Below, piece after piece: positions 34,433 to 42,652 of a stretch of 64,000 nt of DNA. This DNA is from Candidatus Hydrogenedentota bacterium (GTDB lineage Bacteria; Hydrogenedentota; Hydrogenedentia; Hydrogenedentales; SLHB01): the NCBI GenBank assembly GCA_963668025.2, contig CAXXTH010000017.1, positions 864,001-928,000 of the forward strand, written 5' to 3'. A model generated the notes under the pieces. The model ran no database searches, was not told where the DNA came from, and saw only the letters and a program-made list of their open reading frames with translations. Position 1 is the first letter of the stretch. Each line of letters begins with the position of its first letter. The position numbers and the translations under genes were made by a program.

Positions 34433-35802
34433 GGGTGCTCCCTCAATATGATAACCTCAATTGACCCCGTGGCGGGCCACGTGTTGCCAGAACTGGTCCC
34501 AACGGCCCTCGGTCATCTCCAGCGACCTGAGCGCGATCACCGCGCTCGCGCCCGCTTCCTTCCACCGCATCCCGGAGCATGCCAGGCGTTGCTTGATCAG
34601 CGTCTTGCACGCCGCCTCCGTCACTCCGCTGCCGATGGGAAGGCGCTCCGCCGTGTGCCGCCAGTATTGCATCTTCGAGCGGTGATTGCCGAAGTAGGTG
34701 ATCGCCTTGCCGAGTTCCTCGCGGCAAGCCTGGGCGCGCACGCTTGGCAAGCTCGCCTTCATCTCCTCCAGCAAGCGTCCGGCTGCGCCCCTCGTGTGCT
34801 TCAGCCGGTGACTCCAGTCCGCCTCCCACTCCCGGCGGCGCGCGCCATGACCGTGAATCGCCTCCGCCGCCTTCCCCACGTATTCCCGCGCGTGATAGAA
34901 ATCCAGCATCTGCCGGTCCGTGCGCGGCGTCAAAAACTTCCAGTTGTCCGGCGCGCCGTCGGCCAGGCCGATATACAGCGCCGCCGGGTGCCTCGCCCTC
35001 ACGCGCTCCACCTCGCGGCCGAAGCGCTCGAGGAAAGTCTGCTTGCCGTACTCGGGCGATGCGCCCGCGTAGATCGTGTGCAGCCGCTCCCCGTCCTTGT
35101 CGTACAGGCTGATGGACCCGCACATCGCCTGACGCCAGCCGTCCTCCCTGAGCAGCATGCAGGTGCCGTCCAGGCCCACGGCCACCGACGCGACCGGCCT
35201 GTCCAATTCCGGCAGCTCGTACTCCCACGTCTCCTCCCTGGCCTGCGCCAGGGCGCCCACAAAATCGCCGATCTTCTTCACATAGTCGCGCGAGATTGCG
35301 CGGCCTGTCGACTCGAGCAGGTCGCGGCGCATGACATCGGCGCCCATGCGGGAGTATTTTCCGCTGACGATCCGGGCGTAGCGCGGCGTGGCGTTCATGA
35401 CCATTCGCGCGTCCCGCTCCAGCGGGCAGAAGGTGCGCCCGCCCGTGGCGGTGTTCTGGTAGACGTGCCGCTCGACGCGGACCGGGCCGTGGGGCGTCTC
35501 GTAGGTCTGGCCGAAGCGCCCCTTGGTTTTGAAGGTGGTGGCGCCGACGCGGATGGGCGAGCCGTCTGTGTCGAAACGGGCCAGGGCCTCGGCCATGACT
35601 GCGCGCCCCACCCCGTTCAGGGCCTCCTGGACCGCCTCCTCCATATCGAGCATCGAACCACGCAGCCTCAGCGAGAAACTCACCTCGAACGTGTCGCCGT
35701 CGCGCCTTGTCACCATCGCTGCCATCGGTCTTCCTCCGTTAAGGGTCCGGCATACTTATCGACCCGACACGAGGATTTCTTTAGCATTCTGCGGGAACAC
35801 CC
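34433..35802 (-). mobile_element. ISKra4-family insertion sequence, complete (1370 bp)
   Basis: Imperfect TIRs GGGTGCTCCCTCAATATGATAA / GGGTGTTCCCGCAGAATGCTAA (17/22); 8-bp direct repeat GTTCAGGC at 34425-34432 and 35803-35810. Confidence 0.9.
34457..35725 (-). CDS. ISKra4-family DDE transposase
   Basis: GLDGTCM, LADGAPDNW, LDFYHAREY, LPIGSGVTEAACKTLIKQRL..SGMRW. Confidence 0.92.
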   Translation of the reverse strand: MAAMVTRRDGDTFEVSFSLRLRGSMLDMEEAVQEALNGVGRAVMAEALARFDTDGSPIRVGATTFKTKGRFGQTYETPHGPVRVERHVYQNTATGGRTFCPLERDARMVMNATPRYARIVSGKYSRMGADVMRRDLLESTGRAISRDYVKKIGDFVGALAQAREETWEYELPELDRPVASVAVGLDGTCMLLREDGWRQAMCGSISLYDKDGERLHTIYAGASPEYGKQTFLERFGREVERVRARHPAALYIGLADGAPDNWKFLTPRTDRQMLDFYHAREYVGKAAEAIHGHGARRREWEADWSHRLKHTRGAAGRLLEEMKASLPSVRAQACREELGKAITYFGNHRSKMQYWRHTAERLPIGSGVTEAACKTLIKQRLACSGMRWKEAGASAVIALRSLEMTEGRWDQFWQHVARHGVN

Positions 35803-35956
35803 GTTCAGGCCTTCACATCGCTTGCGCCGGAAGCCATCTTCTTTGCGATTGAGCCGGGCCTGAACGCCCTTGAAGCCTATCAGCAGCCTATCACATCTCG
35901 GCCAGCATTCCACGAAGTCCACGCCGAACTGGCCAAGCGTTTTAGGCCAGGAGCTT

Positions 35957-36286
35957 TCAGTCGATCACCGCATACTCGATGCGCGGGCACTTTTTGTGAA
36001 GATCGCTGAATAGCTTCAGCATGATCTCCGCGTCCTTGGGAAATTTTTCTCGCACCGCCGATACGCCACGGAACTCGATCAGGACTGGAGACTTGGAAAA
36101 TCCCCAGGCCATGTCCCAGATCGCGTCCCAGTTCTCACTGCAATCACCGGGCAAGCCCAGCTTTTGCTTGAGCAACCCGAAGATGTCAAAACGCGATTTC
36201 CATTCCTTCAGGTCAATTTTAATGGGATTCTCCGTGGCCGGCGTGTACGGCATCATTCTGTCGCTGGACTCTTTGTCTTTGGCCAT
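35957..36286 (-). CDS. Barstar-family RNase inhibitor
   Basis: LKQKLGLPGDCSENWDAIWD matches barstar [20 protein letters not shown]; directly downstream of a barnase-like gene; SD AGGAG. Confidence 0.85.
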   Translation of the reverse strand: MAKDKESSDRMMPYTPATENPIKIDLKEWKSRFDIFGLLKQKLGLPGDCSENWDAIWDMAWGFSKSPVLIEFRGVSAVREKFPKDAEIMLKLFSDLHKKCPRIEYAVID

Positions 36287-36306
36287 TGTGCAATTCTCCT
36301 GCTCAG

Positions 36307-36954
36307 TTATAGTCCGATCTCGATGAATATCTGGTAGCCACCAATCGAGAAGAAAACCAAGCAATCGTTTGAATACAGAATCCTCTTGTCGTTACGCTGG
36401 CCGTCCGAATAGTCGACATCCGCTTCGTACCATACCCGTCCGGGCGCATCGGGAAGCTTGCCTTCGCGGTTCTCAAACACATCTCCGCCAATCATGCGCC
36501 CTGGCAGAACATCCGCCAGATTCCCCTCTTCCGGTATCCAGCCCAACCGTTCAGCCTCTTCTTTCGTGATGTAATAATCGGGAAGCTCGCAATAGACCAG
36601 CAGCCAATAGTCCGCGCCCTCTTCGCCTTTGTCAGTAGCCTTACCAGCTTCTATGAGTGGCAGGGCCTCGAGAACACACTCACAATTCGGGTGGAGTGGC
36701 GGTCCAACGGGCGGGCCCTCATCCATGTCGTATATCGTGCCGTGAAGCGTCCTGCATTCGTCGCATGTGCGGGGAGTCATCATGGCGCGCCAGGTTTTCC
36801 AGCGCGTGCTTTTTCGCGCGGTTTCCCCTGTTGTTTCCCTTCGCCCATGTCCCAGGACGATACGTATGGCTCTTTGCAGGCGGATGGAATCAGCCCTCTT
36901 AAGCGTATCGACTCGACATCTCTTGGCCAGTTGCAGCGTTTTCATCAGCTTCAC
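36307..36954 (-). CDS. MuF (phage head morphogenesis) Cys/His motif fused to barnase-like RNase domain; start uncertain
   Basis: RTCDECRTLHG..PPLHPNCEC, then LPDYYITKEEAERLGW..GNLADVLPG..IGGDVFENREGKLP..WYEADVDY..RNDKRILYSND. Confidence 0.87.
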   Translation of the reverse strand: MKLMKTLQLAKRCRVDTLKRADSIRLQRAIRIVLGHGRRETTGETARKSTRWKTWRAMMTPRTCDECRTLHGTIYDMDEGPPVGPPLHPNCECVLEALPLIEAGKATDKGEEGADYWLLVYCELPDYYITKEEAERLGWIPEEGNLADVLPGRMIGGDVFENREGKLPDAPGRVWYEADVDYSDGQRNDKRILYSNDCLVFFSIGGYQIFIEIGL

Positions 36955-37169
36955 CCTTTGCTGTTGGCTTCACGGCGTTTCTGCCTGGAAGAGACAGCGC
37001 CCTCCATATATATAGGCCCCCTTGTTGCGCTGTGAATTGGCGTCACGCCTGGCGAGCGGATACCGGGGGGAGCCTTTATGAGGAGGATTCCTACTGGAAG
37101 CCATCTGAAGAGCTACTGAAGGGAGGGCGATGTTATGAAGGAGCCGCCGCGATTGCTATACTGAGATCG

Positions 37170-37265
37170 AATCGAAATCTTGCATCGTGTTCTTAAAACA
37201 ACTCCTGGCTTACCTCATACTCTTGGGCTCTTGACCAACTTCGCGCCTTCGTGCCTTCGCGTGCG
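37170..37265 (+). pseudogene. Decayed 3' fragment of a second GxxExxY gene
   Basis: caactcctggcttacctcatactc..ttgggctcttgaccaacttcg aligns by eye with caactcctgacttatcttagactc..ttggacttctgattaacttcg (37645-37702), and is followed by the same cttcgcg triple repeat. Confidence 0.6.
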
Positions 37266-37332
37266 TCAAAAACTGCTTTGTACGCCCTACGGCGGATGTT
37301 ATATGGTCTAGTCTTGAAATAGGAGGGGAAAA

Positions 37333-37800
37333 ATGTCTGATTTCAATGCATCACGCGAAGACGCGAAGGCGCAAAGAAATATCGAGGAGATCGCTGCAAT
37401 TGTGGTCGATACGGCGTTGCAATTGCACCGGGACTTGGGGCCGGGATTATTGGAATCGGTCTATGAAGCCGTATTGGCCAAGATGCTGCAACAGCGAGGG
37501 CTATTGGTCGAACGGTAAAAGGCGGTTCCGTTCCAATATCAGGATATCGAATTCGACGAAGGCTTTCGGCTGGATTTGCTGGTTGATCACCAATTGATCG
37601 TCGAATTGAAATCAGTCGAAAACCTCCATCCCGTCCACCCGAATCAACTCCTGACTTATCTTAGACTCATGAACCTGCCCCTTGGACTTCTGATTAACTT
37701 CGGGGCGCCGCTCTTGAAGGATGGCTTGCAGCGGGTGGTCAACAACCATACCAACTTCGCGTCTTCGCACCTTCGCGTACATCAACAACAGGAGGCGTAA
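37333..37800 (+). pseudogene. GxxExxY protein with in-frame TAA at 37516-37518
   Basis: LHRDLGPGLLESVYE, then VER*KAVP..FRLDLLV..IVELKSVE..QLLTYLRL..GLLINFG in one frame. Confidence 0.9.
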
Positions 37801-37849
37801 CCATGAAACCTTACGGCTGGGCCGGCATTCACCTCAGGGGAAGCTACCT

Positions 37850-38620
37850 TCACGGCAGCGAACGCTCAAACAGCACTATGCTTCGCTCTGGCGAGAGGGC
37901 GTCTGCGTGAAAGGCAAAGCCTTCGTGCTGCTTCAGGAACGGATGGGCGCCGCAGCCGGGCGCGAGGCAATCGCACTTGCCCTTGGGGCAGGCCCCGAAG
38001 CAGCACAGCCGCCCTAGATAGCGGTTGCTCGCTGGCTCCATGATGAATAGTTCGGCCTGGTGGTGTGCCACGCCGATGTTGCGCTCGCGCAATAAGGCGT
38101 TCAGCGCAGTAGTGCGCGCCTTCTGAAGCGCTTTGAGGCCGTCCAAGACATCAATCCAGACCGCCAGATCCACGTCCTTGCATTCGTGCCAGAGGGTTGT
38201 GCCCGAGCGGGCGTATTTACGGAAACGTGGCACTTCTTTTTTGAGCGGCACGGCCACCGAACCGAAGAGGGCCACCTTGCGCACGGCCGGAAACTCCGCC
38301 AAGGCGCGGGTGATATATTCGGCCGCCAAGCGGAATTCACGCTGGCGGCGCAGCATACAAGAGTCGTCCTCGGCAATTTGGCTCCGCGTGGGCGGCGAAT
38401 AGTCGTCGTCCCAGTCGGGCGCGTCTTCGTAGTCCACTTCGGTATCTTCAAGACCCGATTCTTGCGGCAACTGCCCGCCATGTGAAACCTGGTTTGCATA
38501 ATACGCGTCCAAGGCGATCAGTTTATCCATATCCATCTCCGAGACCGGCATGAGCTGGAATTGCCACTCGGATGGATCATATTCCGACGGCGGTTTTTGT
38601 GTGGATTTACGGCCGCGCAT
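37850..38620 (-). CDS. Hypothetical protein with Pol-beta nucleotidyltransferase-like motifs and a Cys cluster
   Basis: VRKVALFGSV...KDVDLAVW; C-terminal LCCFGACPKGKCDCLAPGC; start uncertain. Confidence 0.65.
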   Translation of the reverse strand: MRGRKSTQKPPSEYDPSEWQFQLMPVSEMDMDKLIALDAYYANQVSHGGQLPQESGLEDTEVDYEDAPDWDDDYSPPTRSQIAEDDSCMLRRQREFRLAAEYITRALAEFPAVRKVALFGSVAVPLKKEVPRFRKYARSGTTLWHECKDVDLAVWIDVLDGLKALQKARTTALNALLRERNIGVAHHQAELFIMEPASNRYLGRLCCFGACPKGKCDCLAPGCGAHPFLKQHEGFAFHADALSPERSIVLFERSLP

Positions 38621-38718
38621 TCCGCAACGCTCCCTGGTGCGATCTTGGATTTGATAATCTCCGTGCCGCTCACTATATTCGAGCAGTATGTTGGAGCGCA
38701 ACGATAAGGGGAAGGGCA

Positions 38719-41232
38719 ATGCCGTCCACGATTCAGAAGAGCAAGAGAAAATCTAAAATCACAAAGGCCAAGAGCGTCGGCGCACCGCCCAAGAAAACCC
38801 CGCGCACTCATAAACCCGAGGATATGACGTTGGAGCAGTGGCAGATCGCCCTGCGCCGCGAGTTTGGCCAAACGCAGGAATTCACATTGGAAAACCTGGG
38901 CGAAGAGCCGGTCTTCTCCGAGTTCCGCATCACCAATCCGGCCAGCGGCGGCCTCTACCGCGTCGCCATCCGTGGCGAGGCTCCCGGCGTCAACTATTGC
39001 TCCTGTCCCGACTACGCCATCAACACGCTGGGCACCTGCAAGCACATCGAATTCACATTGGCGGCATTGCGCCGCAAGAGAGGCGGCAAGGCGGCCTTGG
39101 CCCATGGTTTCCAGCCCGCCTTCTCCGAGATCTACCTGCGTTACGGCCTCAAGCGCGAGGTGGTCTTTGGCCCGGCCACCGGGTGTCCCGAAGCGCTCCG
39201 AACGCTGGCCGAATCGTATTTTGATGGCGAAGGGCTGCTCATGCCCGAGGCCTATGCCCGCTTCGACGCCTTCCTGCGTGAGGCCTCGCCTATCGCCCGC
39301 GAAGCGGAACACGAGCTGCGCTGTTACGAAGACACGCTCGGTTTTGTCGCGCAGGTGCGCGATCAGTTCCGGCGGCGCGCCGCAGTCGATAAGGCCTTTC
39401 CGCAAGGAATCGAAAGCCCTGCCTTCGATGGCCTCCTCAAGGTGGCGCTCTATCCTTACCAGCGCCAGGGGGCGCTGTTCGCCGCGCGCGCCGGGCGCTG
39501 CCTGCTTGCCGACGATATGGGCCTGGGCAAAACGATCCAGGCCATCGCCGCCTCCGAGATCTTGGCCCGCACCGCTGGCATCGAGCGCGCGCTGATCATT
39601 TGCCCCACCTCGCTCAAGCATCAGTGGCGGAGTGAGATCGCCAAGTTTACCGGGCGCACGGCCCAGGTGGTCGAGGGCTCTCTCGTGGCGCGTGAGGCCG
39701 CCTACGCCGCCGAGTCCTTTTTCAAGATCACCAACTACGACGTGATCTATCGCGACGCCGAGGCGATCCGCCGCTGGGCGCCTGACCTGATCGTGCTTGA
39801 TGAGGCCCAGCGCATCAAAAACTGGAAGACCCGCGTCGCACAAAGCGTCAAGCGCCTGCCCAGCGAGCACGCCATCGTCTTGACCGGCACGCCGCTGGAA
39901 AACCGGTTGGAAGAACTGCACTCGATCGTCGAATTCGTCGACCGCCACCGCCTGGGGCCTGCGTTTCGCTTTCTGGCCGAGCATCAGCACGTAGACGAAG
40001 CAGGCAAGGTGGTTGGCTATCACAACCTTTCCGAGATCGCCCGGACGCTGGCGCCGATTCTGCTCCGCCGCACCAAACAGGAGGTTTTACGTGAACTTCC
40101 CGAGCGCCTGGACAAGACCTTCTTTGTCCCAATGACCCCGCAGCAGCAGAAACATCACGACGAGAACCAGGAGACCGTGGTGCGTGTCGTCGCCAAATGG
40201 CGGCGCTACCATTTCCTCTCCGAGGCCGATCAGCGCCGCCTGATGGTCGCCCTGCAGAACATGCGCATGTCTTGCAACAGCACCTGGCTGCTCGATCATA
40301 AGACCGACTACGGCGTCAAGGCCGACGAACTGGCCACGCAGCTCGAGGAGATCTTCGAGCGTCCCGAGATCAAGGTGGTTGTCTTCAGCCAATGGGTGCG
40401 CACCCACGAACTGTTGCAGCAGCGTTTCGAGGCCAGGCGCTGGGAGCATGTCTTTTTCCACGGAGGCGTGCCGGGCCCCAATCGCAAGGGACTGGTGGAG
40501 CGTTTCAAGGAGGATCCCGCCTGCCGCCTCTTCCTTTCCACGGACGCCGGTGGCGTGGGCCTCAACTTGCAGCACGCTTCGGTGGTGGTCAACATGGACC
40601 AGCCCTGGAACCCGGCGGTGCTGGAACAGCGCATCGGACGCGTTCATCGCCTCGGGCAGCGCCGGCCGGTCAGCGTGATCAACTACGTCGCTCAGGGAAC
40701 GATCGAGCACGGCATGCTTTCGCTGATCGATTTCAAGAAGTCGGTGTTCGCGGGAGTGCTCGATGGCGGGAGCGACGAGGTCTTCCTGGGCGGCTCGCGC
40801 CTGAAAAACTTCATGGAGACGGTCGAGCGAGCCAGCGGCGGCATTCCGCCAGCCATGCCGTCCCAGGAGGCGCCTGCCCCCGCGTCCGAAGAAGCCGTAT
40901 CGGAAGCGCAAATGGCCGAGGAAGAAGCGGGCGCTGCGGCGTCCGCGCCCGCCGCCACGGACGCCGTCTGGAACGAACTGGCCACCGCCGGTCTGGCTTT
41001 TCTGGAAAAACTCGGCCAGGCGTTCCAGAGACCGCACTCCGGTGAATCTGTTGATTCGTCCACCCCGTCCTGTCCGTCTGGCAAATCGATGCCGGGCGTT
41101 GGATTATCCGAGACCCTGCTGTCGCGCGACGAGAGGACCGGCCAGTCTTGCCTCAAGTTGCCGCTGCCCAGCCCCGAGATCCTGCGGACCGTCGCGGAGC
41201 TGCTTGGCAATCTGGCCGGACTGGGCAAATAG
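38719..41232 (+). CDS. SWIM zinc finger + SNF2-family helicase
   Basis: CSCPD..TCKH, LADDMGLGKTIQA, DEAQRIKN, LTGTPLENR, VVFSQW, STDAGGVGLNLQ, QRIGRVHRLGQ. Confidence 0.93.
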   Translation: MPSTIQKSKRKSKITKAKSVGAPPKKTPRTHKPEDMTLEQWQIALRREFGQTQEFTLENLGEEPVFSEFRITNPASGGLYRVAIRGEAPGVNYCSCPDYAINTLGTCKHIEFTLAALRRKRGGKAALAHGFQPAFSEIYLRYGLKREVVFGPATGCPEALRTLAESYFDGEGLLMPEAYARFDAFLREASPIAREAEHELRCYEDTLGFVAQVRDQFRRRAAVDKAFPQGIESPAFDGLLKVALYPYQRQGALFAARAGRCLLADDMGLGKTIQAIAASEILARTAGIERALIICPTSLKHQWRSEIAKFTGRTAQVVEGSLVAREAAYAAESFFKITNYDVIYRDAEAIRRWAPDLIVLDEAQRIKNWKTRVAQSVKRLPSEHAIVLTGTPLENRLEELHSIVEFVDRHRLGPAFRFLAEHQHVDEAGKVVGYHNLSEIARTLAPILLRRTKQEVLRELPERLDKTFFVPMTPQQQKHHDENQETVVRVVAKWRRYHFLSEADQRRLMVALQNMRMSCNSTWLLDHKTDYGVKADELATQLEEIFERPEIKVVVFSQWVRTHELLQQRFEARRWEHVFFHGGVPGPNRKGLVERFKEDPACRLFLSTDAGGVGLNLQHASVVVNMDQPWNPAVLEQRIGRVHRLGQRRPVSVINYVAQGTIEHGMLSLIDFKKSVFAGVLDGGSDEVFLGGSRLKNFMETVERASGGIPPAMPSQEAPAPASEEAVSEAQMAEEEAGAAASAPAATDAVWNELATAGLAFLEKLGQAFQRPHSGESVDSSTPSCPSGKSMPGVGLSETLLSRDERTGQSCLKLPLPSPEILRTVAELLGNLAGLGK

Positions 41233-41730
41233 AAAGAAGTGTAATACGGCCTGGCCGCAACCAAAGATTTAGCACCTAAACTCCAGCTTCAACGAGAAAA
41301 CAAGATGTGAATATTTTGTTTGACTGAAGCAATGGCAGCTCTTTTTTTGACATGATTTACAAGATTCACAAGATTAGACAAGATCGCAACGACTCCATAT
41401 GAAGTCAAACCTGCTTCAGTTGCTAAAGTGTGACGAAGTTTTTTATTCAGGTATGTCGCGCTTCAAACGCTTGCATTCTTTGCGGCTTTGCGGCTTCGCG
41501 TGAAATAGATGACCAAGGCTGGCGCGCTGTACTACCAACAAAAATCCCATTCTATTTATACACACGCAAAGCCGCAAAGAACGCAAAAGTAAACGAGAAT
41601 AAACAATGCTATGTCGTTAAATTGGGTTGTGGGCAACGCCCACGTTAGTTTTTTGAACGATCCCTCTTGACCCTATTGGGAACGTTTTACTCATCACGAG
41701 ACAAAGCCGGTTTCGCGTAAATCTTCGTGC

Positions 41731-42462
41731 CTACCGCGCGAGTGGGCGCGCCACCAGCCGTGCCCATAATGCGTAGCCCGCCCGGTTGGGGTGTACGCCA
41801 TCATCCGAGTATTCGGTCTTCAATTCGCCCTTCTCATCGCAAAACGCAGGATGAAGGTCGATGAACTTGACGTGATGTTTGCGGGCAACAGCTTCGAGTT
41901 CCCGGTTTACATTCAGCACCATTGTGTTCAGATCGGCGGACTCGATATTGGCGATTCGCCCGCGCACCGGCAAGAGCGACTGCACATAGATCCGGCAATC
42001 GGGGCAGTTCTCTTGCAATTGGCTCAACAAATAATCATACAGCTCGGCATATTCGCCCGGGGACATCTTGTTTATGAAAACATCGTTGATCCCGATCATG
42101 AGGAACAACGTGCGCGGACGAAGCTCATAGGCCGAAACATCCAGGCGGCGGAGGAGGCCCCAGATCGAATCGCCGCCAATGCCTCGATTGGCGATGGGAA
42201 CATCCGGCAATACCTCTTCAAACGGGAATCCGGCCGTGATCGAGTCGCCACAAAACACGATGCCGCCAGGTGCGCGCGTTTTATTATCCTCGCGAAACTC
42301 GATTACTTTTGATTGTTCGAAGTCTGGCAATTCCGAACCAAAATATTCCTCCGCTTGCGGCAAGGTGGAAGGGTCGGCGATGGCTTGCGGTTTGTCTGTC
42401 CGCAGCATTTGGCATCCGGCCAGCATACAGACGATCACCGCGAAACAGAACCAGTTTTTCAT
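41731..42462 (-). CDS. SGNH/GDSL hydrolase lipoprotein
   Basis: Lipobox LAGC, GDSIT, NRGIGGD, GIND, DGVHPN. Confidence 0.9.
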   Translation of the reverse strand: MKNWFCFAVIVCMLAGCQMLRTDKPQAIADPSTLPQAEEYFGSELPDFEQSKVIEFREDNKTRAPGGIVFCGDSITAGFPFEEVLPDVPIANRGIGGDSIWGLLRRLDVSAYELRPRTLFLMIGINDVFINKMSPGEYAELYDYLLSQLQENCPDCRIYVQSLLPVRGRIANIESADLNTMVLNVNRELEAVARKHHVKFIDLHPAFCDEKGELKTEYSDDGVHPNRAGYALWARLVARPLAR

Positions 42463-42652
42463 CAACAGTCTCTCCAATCCATCAGTTGTGTGGAACGCCA
42501 CAATTTTCAGAGATAGCTTCCAATCATTTGGGCATGGTAGCATCAGGCCTAATCAATACCCAAAGACGAACAAATGTTCCATCGCTTAAAACAAGCGGCC
42601 AGCGCCGTACAGACAAGTGTGGCTTGAATGCGCTTCATTAAGGAGCAACGAG

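Noticed and set aside
35803-35866. Integron attC site
   Set aside because: The order is GTT...AAC rather than RYYYAAC...GTTRRRY, and there is no integrase.
36307-36954. Prophage
   Set aside because: The MuF motif is the only phage-like signal; no terminase, portal, capsid or integrase nearby.
37516-37518. Stop-codon recoding in GxxExxY
   Set aside because: TAA ends many genes in this window; a C-to-T change from a Gln codon explains it.
38518-40023. 501-aa minus-strand ORF (also 34448-35863, 6751-7896, 49053-50159, 15320-16282)
   Set aside because: Antisense shadows of well-supported genes.
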